Shown piece by piece: positions 1 to 9,354 of a stretch of DNA of 64,000 bases; the stretch's first letter is position 1, and every line of letters starts with the position of its first letter. The translations under genes were made by a program, and so were the position numbers. The DNA is from Halarcobacter sp. (GTDB taxonomy: Bacteria > Campylobacterota > Campylobacteria > Campylobacterales > Arcobacteraceae): positions 288,001-352,000 of the forward strand of contig CP182352.1 in NCBI GenBank assembly GCA_048571215.1, written 5' to 3'. The notes beneath the pieces were generated by a model. The model was given only the letters and a program-made list of their open reading frames with translations. It did not search any database and was not told the DNA's origin.

Positions 1-579
1 TATAAAAAAGTAAATGATTCTTTAAAATATAATACCATAAATATATCTTCATATAAGCCAAGAGCTACCCTTAAAGAGAAGATATCTAGTTTAAAGTTAA
101 AAGGGAAAGTTTTATTGTATCATCCCTATTCAGCAAATATAAATAAGTCTATTCCAAAAGAGATTTCAATAGATATTTTAAGAGAGCTTTTATTAAAACT
201 ACCAGACTATACGATAGTTTCAGTACTTAAATTAAATATCAAATTAAATGATGATAGATTTGTAGATTTAAGTGAAGAGTCAAAAACCTTTTTAGATTAT
301 TCTTATATTATCTCTAATATGGATAAAATAATAACAGTAAATACTGCAACTTATCATATAGCTGATGCTTTTTTTATACCTACTGTTGCTTTATTTACAA
401 ATAATAATGAAAATGAGCTTATTATGAATTATCCTTTGAGCAAAATAATATTTATTGAGGATAAAGTAAAAAACTTTAGTAATTTTATTTTTGAAAATGA
501 AGCTTTGATTTTATATCGTTTTACAGGGTGGAGAGAACTTAAGGTTAGTAAGATTATAAAACTGTTAGAAAGTTTTTGA
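1..579 (+). CDS. Glycosyltransferase family 9 (heptosyltransferase-like), C-terminal part; gene starts before the window
   Basis: Frame is open from base 1. MDKIITVNTATYHIADAFFIPTVALF matches the GT9 D-x-x-I-x-x-D/N-S/T-x-x-x-H-x-A-x-A-x-x-x-P-T-V-A-L-F motif. Confidence 0.65.
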   Translation, partial: YKKVNDSLKYNTINISSYKPRATLKEKISSLKLKGKVLLYHPYSANINKSIPKEISIDILRELLLKLPDYTIVSVLKLNIKLNDDRFVDLSEESKTFLDYSYIISNMDKIITVNTATYHIADAFFIPTVALFTNNNENELIMNYPLSKIIFIEDKVKNFSNFIFENEALILYRFTGWRELKVSKIIKLLESF

Positions 580-585
580 TATAAT
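577..585 (+). promoter_or_regulatory. Extended -10 sigma70 promoter (TGnTATAAT) for the purE operon
   Basis: TGATATAAT about 30 nt upstream of the purE ATG, followed by an AGGGGA RBS. Confidence 0.6.
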
Positions 586-616
586 CACGATTATTTAAAA
601 AAAATTAGGGGATAAA

Positions 617-1111
617 ATGAACTTTGTATCTATTTTAATGGGTAGTAAATCTGATTATGAAATTATGAAACACTGTGCTGATACATTAGAAAAATTTGAT
701 GTAAAATATGAAATTATTATATCTTCTGCACATAGAAGTCCAGAAAGAACAAAAAATTACATTAAAGAAGCTGAAGAGAAAGGTGCAGTTGCATTTATAG
801 CAGCAGCAGGAATGGCTGCTCATTTAGCAGGAGCAGTTGCAGCAACTACAACTAAACCTGTTATTGGTGTACCTATGAAAGGTGGAGCAATGGATGGTAT
901 GGATGCAATGCTTTCAACTGTTCAAATGCCTGCTGGTATGCCTGTGGGAACTGTAGCATTAGGAAGAAGTGGTGCAGTAAATGCAGCATATTTTGCAATG
1001 CAAATTTTAGCTATTTTTGATAAAGAATTAGCAGTTAAACTAAAAGAAGATAGAGTAGTTCAATCAAAAAAAGTTGAATCAGATTCAGCTTCAATTGAAG
1101 TACTTATATAA
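617..1111 (+). CDS. purE: N5-carboxyaminoimidazole ribonucleotide mutase
   Basis: MGSKSD, SAHRSP, AGMAAHLAG, PVIGVP and QMPAGMPV motifs. Confidence 0.97.
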   Translation: MNFVSILMGSKSDYEIMKHCADTLEKFDVKYEIIISSAHRSPERTKNYIKEAEEKGAVAFIAAAGMAAHLAGAVAATTTKPVIGVPMKGGAMDGMDAMLSTVQMPAGMPVGTVALGRSGAVNAAYFAMQILAIFDKELAVKLKEDRVVQSKKVESDSASIEVLI

Positions 1112-1344
1112 TGAAACGAGTTGCACTATTTGTATTACCAAAATGCAAATGGTGCAATGAGCTAAAAGCTTATTTTAAAGAAAAAAAGATTAAGTACAAT
1201 ATTATTGATCTTTCCACAAATAAAAAAGCTTTAAATGATTGTAAAAAACATGGATGCAGTGGTGCACCTGTAGTTTTAGTAGAGAATCAGTGGATTTGTG
1301 GTTTTGATAAAGTAAAAATAAATAAAGCATTAGGGATAAAATAG
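1111..1344 (+). CDS. Glutaredoxin/NrdH-like redoxin
   Basis: 77 aa, CKWC active-site motif, GAPVVLV cis-Pro motif, GFD near the C-terminus; overlaps the purE stop (TAATG). Confidence 0.85.
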   Translation: MKRVALFVLPKCKWCNELKAYFKEKKIKYNIIDLSTNKKALNDCKKHGCSGAPVVLVENQWICGFDKVKINKALGIK

Positions 1345-2229
1345 ATGGTAACATTTTCTGAAATTCTATTAAAATTACAACAGTTTTGGTCAAATCAAGG
1401 GTGTAATATCGTACAACCTTATGATATACCAGCGGGTGCTGGTACTTTTCACCCTGCAACTATACTTAGAAGTTTAGATTCAACCCCTTGGTCTACAGCT
1501 TATGTGGCACCAAGTAGAAGACCAACAGACGGAAGGTATGGGGAAAATCCAAATAGACTTGGAGCGTATTATCAATTTCAAGCATTAATAAAACCAAGTC
1601 CAGATAATATTCAAGATTTATATCTACAATCTTTAGAATTTTTAGGACTTGATTTAAGTAAACATGATGTTAGATTTGTAGAAGATAACTGGGAGTCTCC
1701 AACTCTTGGAGCTTGGGGACTTGGATGGGAAGTTTGGCTTGATGGTATGGAAGTAACTCAGTTTACTTATTTCCAACAAGTTGGAGGTTTACCTTGTGAT
1801 CCAGTTGCTGTTGAGATTACATATGGTACTGAAAGACTTGCAATGTATCTACAAGGTGTAGATTCTGTATTTGATATTGTTTGGAATGAAAATATTCATG
1901 GAAAAACTACTTATGCAGATGTACACAAAGAGAGTGAATATCAATTTTCAACTTACAATTTTGAAGTTGCAAATACAGATATGCTTTTTAAACACTTTGA
2001 GGATGCTTTCAATGAGTGTAAAGTGTGCTTAGAAAAGGGTTTACCTCTTCCTGCATATGACCAATGTATGTTAGCTTCTCATACTTTTAATACCCTTGAT
2101 GCAAGAAAAGCTATCTCAGTAACCGAAAGACAAAATTATATCTTAAAGGTTAGAGAATTAGCCCAAGGGTGCGCTGTTTTATATAAAGAACAAGAGCAAG
2201 ATAGATTAAAAAGAATAGGAAGAGTTTAG
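1345..2229 (+). CDS. glyQ: Glycine--tRNA ligase alpha subunit
   Basis: [43 protein letters not shown] and TYGTERL motifs. Confidence 0.98.
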   Translation: MVTFSEILLKLQQFWSNQGCNIVQPYDIPAGAGTFHPATILRSLDSTPWSTAYVAPSRRPTDGRYGENPNRLGAYYQFQALIKPSPDNIQDLYLQSLEFLGLDLSKHDVRFVEDNWESPTLGAWGLGWEVWLDGMEVTQFTYFQQVGGLPCDPVAVEITYGTERLAMYLQGVDSVFDIVWNENIHGKTTYADVHKESEYQFSTYNFEVANTDMLFKHFEDAFNECKVCLEKGLPLPAYDQCMLASHTFNTLDARKAISVTERQNYILKVRELAQGCAVLYKEQEQDRLKRIGRV

Positions 2230-2231
2230 TT

Positions 2232-2987
2232 TTGAAACTAAAAGAGATTTATGATTTTTTAGATTCTGTATCACCCTTTGAATTACAAGAAAAATGGGAT
2301 AACTCAGGTCTTCTTGTAGGGAATTTTGAGGATGAGATAAAACAAGTTTATATCTCAATTGATTTAGATGAAGAGCTTTTGGAAAGTATTGAAGAGAACT
2401 CTTTGGTTATTACTCATCATCCTTTGATTTTTTCTGCATTAAAAAGAGTTAATTTTGATTCATATAGTACAAAGCTATTAAAAACTTTAATTCAAAAAAA
2501 TATTGCTCTTATTTCTATGCATACAAATATCGATGTAACACATTTAAATAAATATGTTGCCACAAATATTTTAGATTTGGATATGATAGAGGGTGAAGGG
2601 TATATTTGTTATGCAAATGTAAATGACACATTTGCAAATTTTGCAAATAAAATCTCTTCAAAATTAGGTTTAGAGTATTTGAAATATGTTAAATGCTCAG
2701 AAGAGGTAAAAAAAGTTGCCTTAGTTACTGGTGCAGGTATGTCAATGATTGATCAAGTTGAAGCTGATTGTTTTTTAACTGGGGATATCAAATACCATGA
2801 TGCAATGGAAGCTAAGTCAAGAGGTATTTCACTTATTGATATAAGACACTATGAAAGTGAAAAGCACTTTAGCCCCTTGTTAGAGGGACTTTTGTCTGAA
2901 TATTTGAAAAAAAATAAATTAAAAGCTATAATAACAGCTTCAAAAAATCCATTTAAGTTTTGTACACAAGGAGAAACGGTTGAATAA
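2232..2987 (+). CDS. Nif3-like dinuclear metal centre protein (YbgI/GTP cyclohydrolase I type 2 family)
   Basis: WDNSGLLVG, ITHHPLIF, MHTNID, TGDIKYH and HYESE motifs; TTG start. Confidence 0.92.
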   Translation: MKLKEIYDFLDSVSPFELQEKWDNSGLLVGNFEDEIKQVYISIDLDEELLESIEENSLVITHHPLIFSALKRVNFDSYSTKLLKTLIQKNIALISMHTNIDVTHLNKYVATNILDLDMIEGEGYICYANVNDTFANFANKISSKLGLEYLKYVKCSEEVKKVALVTGAGMSMIDQVEADCFLTGDIKYHDAMEAKSRGISLIDIRHYESEKHFSPLLEGLLSEYLKKNKLKAIITASKNPFKFCTQGETVE

Positions 2988-3699
2988 ATATTTACAAGAT
3001 TTAGTAAAGCTATCAAAGTTTGATGGTTCTATTAGTATGTTTGAACCAAAAATTGAGAATGAAAAGTCTAAGTTATCAACATTTGTAGAAGTTGCAGAGT
3101 CTATTAAGTCTCAAATCAATGCTACATATGCGCAAATTGATGATGTAAAATCAAAGAGAACTAAAAACAATATACATTTAGCAGAATTAAAAACTAAGCT
3201 AGAAGATATCTCTAAAAAGAGTAATCAAGTTCAAAATGAAAAAGAATTAAAAGCTTTACAACTTGAAGAGGAGATTGCAAAAGAGCAAATCTCATTTGCA
3301 AATGAAGAGATTATCAGACTTGATGAGGTTGCATCAGCAAAAGAGGAAGAGTTAAAAGAGTTACAAGCTAAATTAACTGAAGAAGAGGATTCAATCAAAG
3401 AGATTCAAGTTGCAGTTGATAATGCAATTGATGAGATTAATCAAGAAAGAAATGAAGTTTATCAAAAAAGAAGTGAACTATTAGAAAAATTTGATAATAA
3501 GATTTTAACATTTTATGAAAAAATTAGAAGATGGGCAAAAGATTCAGCTGTTGTTCCAGTAAAAGATCAAGCATGTTATGGATGTTTTATGAAAATCAAT
3601 GACAAAACTTATGCTGAGGTTATTAAATCAGAAGAGATTATTAATTGTCCTCATTGTGGAAGAATTTTATATAAAGAAGAAGAGACTGAAGAGGCTTAA
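2980..3699 (+). CDS. Coiled-coil/C4 zinc-ribbon protein (HP0958/CT398 family)
   Basis: Long coiled coil followed by CYGC...CPHCGRILY; this family is usually linked to Nif3-like genes. Confidence 0.9.
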   Translation: MNKYLQDLVKLSKFDGSISMFEPKIENEKSKLSTFVEVAESIKSQINATYAQIDDVKSKRTKNNIHLAELKTKLEDISKKSNQVQNEKELKALQLEEEIAKEQISFANEEIIRLDEVASAKEEELKELQAKLTEEEDSIKEIQVAVDNAIDEINQERNEVYQKRSELLEKFDNKILTFYEKIRRWAKDSAVVPVKDQACYGCFMKINDKTYAEVIKSEEIINCPHCGRILYKEEETEEA

Positions 3700-3701
3700 G
3701 A

Positions 3702-4844
3702 TTGAGCCTTTTTAGTATCTTTTATTATATACTAGCTCTTTTAGTATATATATTAGCAACTCCTTATTTACTTTTCAAATCTAGAAAACCAAAATACAAA
3801 GTAGCAATCCCCTCAAAATTTTTTTTAAAAAACAATCCAAGTTTTAAAGAAGAAAAAATTTGGTTTCATACTTGTTCTATGGGTGAAACTAAAGCTATAA
3901 AACCTTTAGTAGATTCTATAAAAGATGTAAATATATCTGTGATAACAAATACAGGTTATGAAGAGGCTAAAAAGTTAAGTAGTAGTGTTAGATATTTGCC
4001 TTTTGAGATTTTTTTACCTTTTTGGATAAAAAAACAAAAAGCTTTAGTGGTTATGGAAGCAGAACTTTGGTATATGCTTTTTTTAAGTGCTAAACAAAAA
4101 GGTTGTAAAACCTATTTGATAAATGCAAGAATATCTGATAAGTCTTATAACTCTTATAAAAAGTTCTCTTTTTTTTATAAAAGAGTTTTTGCAAATATTG
4201 ATAAAATATTTGCTCAAAGTGAACTTGATAAAAAAAGATTAGAAGAGTTAGGTGGAAAAAATATTGAGGTTATTGGAAATATAAAGTTAGCTCAAGTTCC
4301 AAAGCTTACAAAAAAACTTCTAAAACCTGAAGAGATATTAATTACAGCTGGAAGTACACATGAAAATGAGGAAGAACTTGTACTAAATGCCTATGATAGA
4401 AAATATGGTAAGTTGGTAATAGTACCAAGACATCCTGAAAGATTTGAAAAAGTTGACAGTTTGATAAAAGCTTATATATCAAAAAACAATCTATCTTATC
4501 ATAGATTTTCTCAAAATGAAAATTTTGATTCAGATATTGTGCTAGTGGATGTTCTTGGGGAGTTAAATAATATTTATGCTATTTCAGATGTTGTTATATT
4601 AGGTGGAGCCTTTGAAAAAATAGGTGGACATAATCCAATAGAACCTGCATATTTTAGCTGTAAGTTGATAAGTGGTAAAAATATTTTTAATCAATACTCA
4701 CTATTTGAATGTGTTAAAAATTACAGTATAATTGAAAATGATCAATTAAAAGAAAAGTTAGAGAACTTAGAAAGTTTAGAAAATTCAAGCCTTGGAAAGC
4801 AAGGTGATATAGAACCTATTATAAAGGAATTAAATGCCATTTGA
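3702..4844 (+). CDS. waaA: 3-deoxy-D-manno-octulosonic acid (Kdo) transferase
   Basis: WFHTCSMGE, EAELW, NARISDKS, GNIK, GSTHENEE, VPRHPERF and GGHNPIEPA motifs. Confidence 0.95.
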   Translation: MSLFSIFYYILALLVYILATPYLLFKSRKPKYKVAIPSKFFLKNNPSFKEEKIWFHTCSMGETKAIKPLVDSIKDVNISVITNTGYEEAKKLSSSVRYLPFEIFLPFWIKKQKALVVMEAELWYMLFLSAKQKGCKTYLINARISDKSYNSYKKFSFFYKRVFANIDKIFAQSELDKKRLEELGGKNIEVIGNIKLAQVPKLTKKLLKPEEILITAGSTHENEEELVLNAYDRKYGKLVIVPRHPERFEKVDSLIKAYISKNNLSYHRFSQNENFDSDIVLVDVLGELNNIYAISDVVILGGAFEKIGGHNPIEPAYFSCKLISGKNIFNQYSLFECVKNYSIIENDQLKEKLENLESLENSSLGKQGDIEPIIKELNAI

Positions 4845-5583
4845 TAAAGCATATAAAGTTTTAGCAAAACAAGAGAATATCTCAAATTCAAAAGCTAAAG
4901 AGTTAATAGATAAGGGGCTTGTAAAAGTAGCTGGTAAAAAGGTGCTTATTGCAAGGGGTGAAATAGATGTAGATACAAAGTTTACAGTAAAAGAGATTGC
5001 AAATATTAAAGTTATATTTCAAGATGATGATATTTTAGCTTTAGATAAACCAGCATTTATGACAAGTGATGAGATTGCAAAAAAATACCCAAATGCAATA
5101 ATGTTAAACAGACTTGATAAAGAAACAAGTGGAGTGATGCTTTTTGCAAAAAATGATGAGTTTAGAAAAAAAGCAATTGCAGAGTTTAAAGCAAATAGGG
5201 TGTATAAAGAGTATGTAGCTATTGTTGATGGAAAAGTGATTGAAGAGATAGAGATAGATAAACCAATTATGACTACAAAAGATAGGGGAATGGCTAGGTC
5301 TAAAGTTGATATGAAAAAGGGAAAACCAGCTAAATCAACTGTTTATCCAATGTTTGTAGAGGGTAATAAATCTAAAGTAAAAATTGTGATTGATACAGGA
5401 AGAACTCATCAGATTAGAGTACATCTAAACCATGTTGGTTTACCTATAATTGGAGATGCAATTTATGGAAAACCAGCTTCAAATATAAATCGTGTTTTAT
5501 TACACTCTAAAAAGACTAAAATTTTTGATTATAATTTTGAAGCAAAAGAACCAAGAGAGTTCAAAGTGTATGAGTTTAATTAA
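4834..5583 (+). CDS. RluA-family RNA pseudouridine synthase with S4 domain
   Basis: DKPA, RLDKETSG (catalytic Asp), TGRTHQIRVH and GDAIYG motifs. Confidence 0.92.
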   Translation: MPFDKAYKVLAKQENISNSKAKELIDKGLVKVAGKKVLIARGEIDVDTKFTVKEIANIKVIFQDDDILALDKPAFMTSDEIAKKYPNAIMLNRLDKETSGVMLFAKNDEFRKKAIAEFKANRVYKEYVAIVDGKVIEEIEIDKPIMTTKDRGMARSKVDMKKGKPAKSTVYPMFVEGNKSKVKIVIDTGRTHQIRVHLNHVGLPIIGDAIYGKPASNINRVLLHSKKTKIFDYNFEAKEPREFKVYEFN

Positions 5584-5603
5584 AAATTAAGATTTTTAAA
5601 GTT

Positions 5604-5630
5604 TAAAAATCCCATAAAATGGGATTTTTA
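5604..5630. terminator. Intrinsic terminator-like hairpin after the RluA-family gene
   Basis: Perfect inverted repeat taaaaatcccat-aaa-atgggattttta. Confidence 0.7.
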
Positions 5631-5733
5631 TAAAAACAATATATTAAAGTAAACTTAAAATAATACCACTTTAATCTTACTTAAAGTAATAAAATAGTAA
5701 AATCCCCAAATTTTAAAATAATGGAGTATAGTT

Positions 5734-7092
5734 TTGTTTGATTCAATAACCGGTTCAATTGTAAATGCAGTAAATAAAATTAGACATAAAGATGATATTG
5801 CCTCACTAAGTAGAGCACTATCAGAATTGAAAAAATCATTATTAAAAGCTGATGTACACCATAAAACAACAAAAGAGTTAGTTTCAGCTATTGAATTAGA
5901 AACAAAAAGGAATGGAATTGGACAAGATTCATTTCTAAAAGCTTTAAAAAGTGAATTAACAAATATTTTAACAACAGAGGGAAAACAAGGTTTTGTTTTT
6001 TCTGCTACTCCTCCTACAACTATTTTAATGACAGGACTTCAAGGTTCTGGTAAAACAACAACAACAGGTAAGTTAGCAAATTATCTAAAACTTAGAAAAA
6101 AGAAAGTTTTAGTTGCAGCTGCCGATTTACAAAGATTAGCAGCAGTTGAGCAATTAAAACAAATTGCAGCTCAAATTGAAGTTGATATATATTTTGATGA
6201 TAATGAAAAAGATCCAATTAAAATTGCACTTGCAGCTCAAGAGAAAGCTAAAAAAGAGCTATATGATGTGTTATTAATAGATACAGCTGGGCGACTTGCA
6301 ATTGATGAAGAGTTGATGAAACAACTTGATAATGTCAAAAAATCTGTAAGTCCTGATGAGATTTTTTATGTGGCTGATTCTTTAACAGGACATGATGCAA
6401 CAAAAACAGCAACTACATTTAAAGAAAAAATTGGTATCGATGGAGTTATTCTATCTAAATATGATGGTGACACAAAAGGTGGAGTTGCAATATCTATAGC
6501 TCATCAAGTTGGTGTTCCATTAAGATTTATTGGTACTGGTGAAAAGATGCCAGATTTGGAAGTATTTATTCCAGATAGAATTGTATCTAGACTTATGGGT
6601 GCTGGGGATATTGAGGGACTTGCTGAAAAAACTTCTGCTATTATAGATGAAAAGAAAGCAAAAGCAGTTACTAAAAAAATCAAAAAGGGTGAGTTTAACT
6701 TTAATGACTTTTTAGATCAACTCTCTATGATGAGTAAGCTTGGTTCTATGAAATCTATTATTGGAATGATACCAGGTCTTTCACAAATGGCAGGACCTAT
6801 AAAAGATATGGATTTTGAAAACTCTGATGAGATAAAAAGAATCAAAGCACTTATTAGCTCTATGACTCCAAAAGAGAGAGAACAACCAAGTTTATTAAAT
6901 CCTAGTAGAAAGAAAAGACTTTCAAAGGGATCTGGATTATCAGAGATGCAAGTAAATAAAATACTTAAACAGTTTAAAAATGCCTCAAAAATGGCAAAAA
7001 AACTTTCGAGTAAAGGTGGGATGAAAGGTTTACAAAACATGATGTCTCAAATGCAAGGTGGTGGAGGGATGCCACCAAACCTACCAAGATAG
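5734..7092 (+). CDS. ffh: Signal recognition particle protein Ffh
   Basis: GLQGSGKTTT, DTAGR, KYDGDTKGG, GTGEK and RLMGAGD motifs; Met-rich M domain. Confidence 0.98.
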   Translation: MFDSITGSIVNAVNKIRHKDDIASLSRALSELKKSLLKADVHHKTTKELVSAIELETKRNGIGQDSFLKALKSELTNILTTEGKQGFVFSATPPTTILMTGLQGSGKTTTTGKLANYLKLRKKKVLVAAADLQRLAAVEQLKQIAAQIEVDIYFDDNEKDPIKIALAAQEKAKKELYDVLLIDTAGRLAIDEELMKQLDNVKKSVSPDEIFYVADSLTGHDATKTATTFKEKIGIDGVILSKYDGDTKGGVAISIAHQVGVPLRFIGTGEKMPDLEVFIPDRIVSRLMGAGDIEGLAEKTSAIIDEKKAKAVTKKIKKGEFNFNDFLDQLSMMSKLGSMKSIIGMIPGLSQMAGPIKDMDFENSDEIKRIKALISSMTPKEREQPSLLNPSRKKRLSKGSGLSEMQVNKILKQFKNASKMAKKLSSKGGMKGLQNMMSQMQGGGGMPPNLPR

Positions 7093-7101
7093 AAACAACA
7101 A

Positions 7102-7161
7102 TTAGTATTGAGTTGTAAACTTGACTTTTATAAAAGGTTTGAGTTTAGAATTCAATACTAA
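7102..7161 (+). other. Long RNA hairpin in the ffh-rpsP intergenic region
   Basis: ttagtattga/tcaatactaa and taaact/agttta arms; most imperfect pairs are G-U on the + strand. Confidence 0.6.
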
Positions 7162-7188
7162 AAATTAAAAATTTAAAAGGAAAAAAGT

Positions 7189-7419
7189 ATGACAGTGATT
7201 AGATTAACAAGAATGGGTAGAAATAAAAAACCATTTTATAGAATCGTAGTAACAGATTCAAGAAAAAGAAGAGATTCAGGTTGGATTGAATCAATTGGAT
7301 ATTATAATCCAGTTGCAGAGCCAAAAGTATTAAAATTAGATGAAGAGAGATATAACTATTGGTTAGGTGTTGGTGCTAAACCATCAGAAAAAGTTAAGAA
7401 ATTAGCATCTCAAAAGTAA
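7189..7419 (+). CDS. rpsP: 30S ribosomal protein S16
   Basis: [38 protein letters not shown]. Confidence 0.98.
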   Translation: MTVIRLTRMGRNKKPFYRIVVTDSRKRRDSGWIESIGYYNPVAEPKVLKLDEERYNYWLGVGAKPSEKVKKLASQK

Positions 7420-7439
7420 TTTTACTGTAGAATAACAAC

Positions 7440-7679
7440 ATGATTACAAATTTTATAGAAAGTTATGCAAAACTTATAGTAAGTAAACCCCAAGAGGTTT
7501 CTATATCAACAAAGAGTATTGATGATACTTTTACTGAGATAACAATAAAAGCAAATAGTGCAGATATTGGAAAACTTATCGGTAAAAATGGAAATATGAT
7601 AAATGCTTTAAAAACTATGGCAAATGGTTGTAAAGCAAAAGATGGTGTATCTTATAAAATTCAAGTTCTTGCAAATTAA
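7440..7679 (+). CDS. khpA: KH-domain RNA-binding protein KhpA
   Basis: DIGKLIGKNG (GxxG loop); conserved position between rpsP and rimM. Confidence 0.9.
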   Translation: MITNFIESYAKLIVSKPQEVSISTKSIDDTFTEITIKANSADIGKLIGKNGNMINALKTMANGCKAKDGVSYKIQVLAN

Positions 7680-7687
7680 CTTATATT

Positions 7688-8218
7688 ATGAAAGATAAAA
7701 TTTATGTTGCCAAGCTTGGAAAAACTGTAGGTTTAAAAGGGGATTTAAAACTCTTTATAGACTCAGATTTTCCTGAGCAATTTAAAAAAAATGCCTTATT
7801 TACTACAAATAAAAACCTTCAATTAAAAGTATTAGAATACAATCCAAATAAAGAAACAATCAAGTTTGAAACTTATGAGGATGTTGATTTAGCTAAAAAA
7901 TTAACAAATCAAGAGTTATATGTATCAATTGAAGATACAAAAAATAACTGTAATCTAGAAGATGATGAATATTTTTGGTTTGATATTATTGGATGTACAG
8001 TAATTGAAAATGATTTGGTTCTAGGAGTAGTAAAAGATATCCACAGATACCCTTTAGATGACTATTTAGAGGTAATAACTTCAAAAGAATTGGTAGAAAA
8101 AGAACTACCAAAAACTTTTTTAATCCCTTATAAAAAAGATAAATACATAATAAATGTAGAAATAAATAATAAAACTATACAAACAAAAAATAGTTTCGAA
8201 ATATTGGAAAACTCTTAA
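7688..8218 (+). CDS. rimM: Ribosome maturation factor RimM
   Basis: GKTVGLKG, EYFWFDIIGC and LIPY motifs; synteny with rpsP. Confidence 0.95.
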   Translation: MKDKIYVAKLGKTVGLKGDLKLFIDSDFPEQFKKNALFTTNKNLQLKVLEYNPNKETIKFETYEDVDLAKKLTNQELYVSIEDTKNNCNLEDDEYFWFDIIGCTVIENDLVLGVVKDIHRYPLDDYLEVITSKELVEKELPKTFLIPYKKDKYIINVEINNKTIQTKNSFEILENS

Positions 8219-8275
8219 GTATTAGTATAGTTTCTTTGAACTATTTTTTAGATTTTTACTAATGAAAGATGCAAA

Positions 8276-9352
8276 CTAATATTTACATCTTTTTTCATAC
8301 TCTTCATTAGTTAAATCAGATAGATAAGCTTGTTTATAACCGTTATTCATTAGCTCATCATAAACTTTTTTTCTCTCACCATCCGTACCATATGGTCCAA
8401 AGTAGATTACAATTCTGTTTTTAGGATCTCTACATAAAGAGACATTTTTTTCAAAAGTTAGCAATTTATCTAAATAAGATTTTAAAAGTTCACCTTTTAT
8501 TGTTGCAACATTAATAAATGACAAAAATTGATTTGAACTTTGCATCACTTCATTATTGGTTTGTTCTTGAGGTATATTAGCTTCTTGGTTATTAACTACT
8601 TTGCCACTAGGGGTGTTTTCCATACTCTTTTTAGTATCTAATTCTTGTAAAAGTTCAGTTTTTTTTATCTCTAACTCATCTTTTAATTGTTTTTGTAAAG
8701 CAAGGAATTTCTCTTGTTCCTCTTTTATTTGTTTTTGTTGTTCAGATAATAGTTTTTTCTCTTCATCAATTTTTGCATATTGAGCATCTATCTCTTCTTG
8801 CATTTTTTTCTTTTTATCTTCTTGGGCTTTTTTTTCTGCTGCTATTCTTTTCTCTTCTTCCTCTTTTATTCTTTTTTCTTCTGCTTCAAGTTCATGTTTA
8901 TTCATAATCTCATGTTTTGTAAGGGTAGTTAGTTTTTTATTCAATTTTTTTTCATCTAATTCATTAATATTGATATCTATTTGATTTTTTCTTTGTTCAT
9001 TTGCAGAAGCTTGTGTTTTTGTAATCTCTTTTGGATCTTCATCGGGAGTAAAAAAACCTAAAAAGTATAACATTAAACCAATAGCTAGTAAGGAGAATAA
9101 TATAGCTATAACTGTAATCATTATTCTAAGAATTTTAGGTTGTCGTTTTTGAATCTTTTTATTTACTTTTTCATCACCTGTAGTATTTTCTTCTTGTTGG
9201 GGTAATTCAATCTCTTCAAGAATAGGTTCTTGGGTGTTTTCTTCTACTTTTTCTTGATTCTCTTCCTCTACATTTGTAGTACCATCAACACTTTGTTTGT
9301 CATTATCCAAACCAACTTCTTTGATTATATCTTCATCACTTTTCTCTGCCAT
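8276..9352 (-). CDS. Bitopic membrane protein: acidic N-tail, TM helix, coiled coil, C-terminal SPOR-like domain
   Basis: TM at about aa 75-100; E/K/Q-rich coiled coil; C-terminus RIVIYFGPYGTDGERKKVYDELMNNGYKQAY resembles the SPOR pattern. Confidence 0.65.
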   Translation of the reverse strand: MAEKSDEDIIKEVGLDNDKQSVDGTTNVEEENQEKVEENTQEPILEEIELPQQEENTTGDEKVNKKIQKRQPKILRIMITVIAILFSLLAIGLMLYFLGFFTPDEDPKEITKTQASANEQRKNQIDININELDEKKLNKKLTTLTKHEIMNKHELEAEEKRIKEEEEKRIAAEKKAQEDKKKKMQEEIDAQYAKIDEEKKLLSEQQKQIKEEQEKFLALQKQLKDELEIKKTELLQELDTKKSMENTPSGKVVNNQEANIPQEQTNNEVMQSSNQFLSFINVATIKGELLKSYLDKLLTFEKNVSLCRDPKNRIVIYFGPYGTDGERKKVYDELMNNGYKQAYLSDLTNEEYEKRCKY

Positions 9353-9354
9353 GG

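Noticed and set aside
8219..8275. Attachment site or mobile-element scar at the left edge of the flagellar cluster
   Set aside because: Only a weak terminator-like stem is present; I saw no tRNA, integrase or matching direct repeat at the other end.
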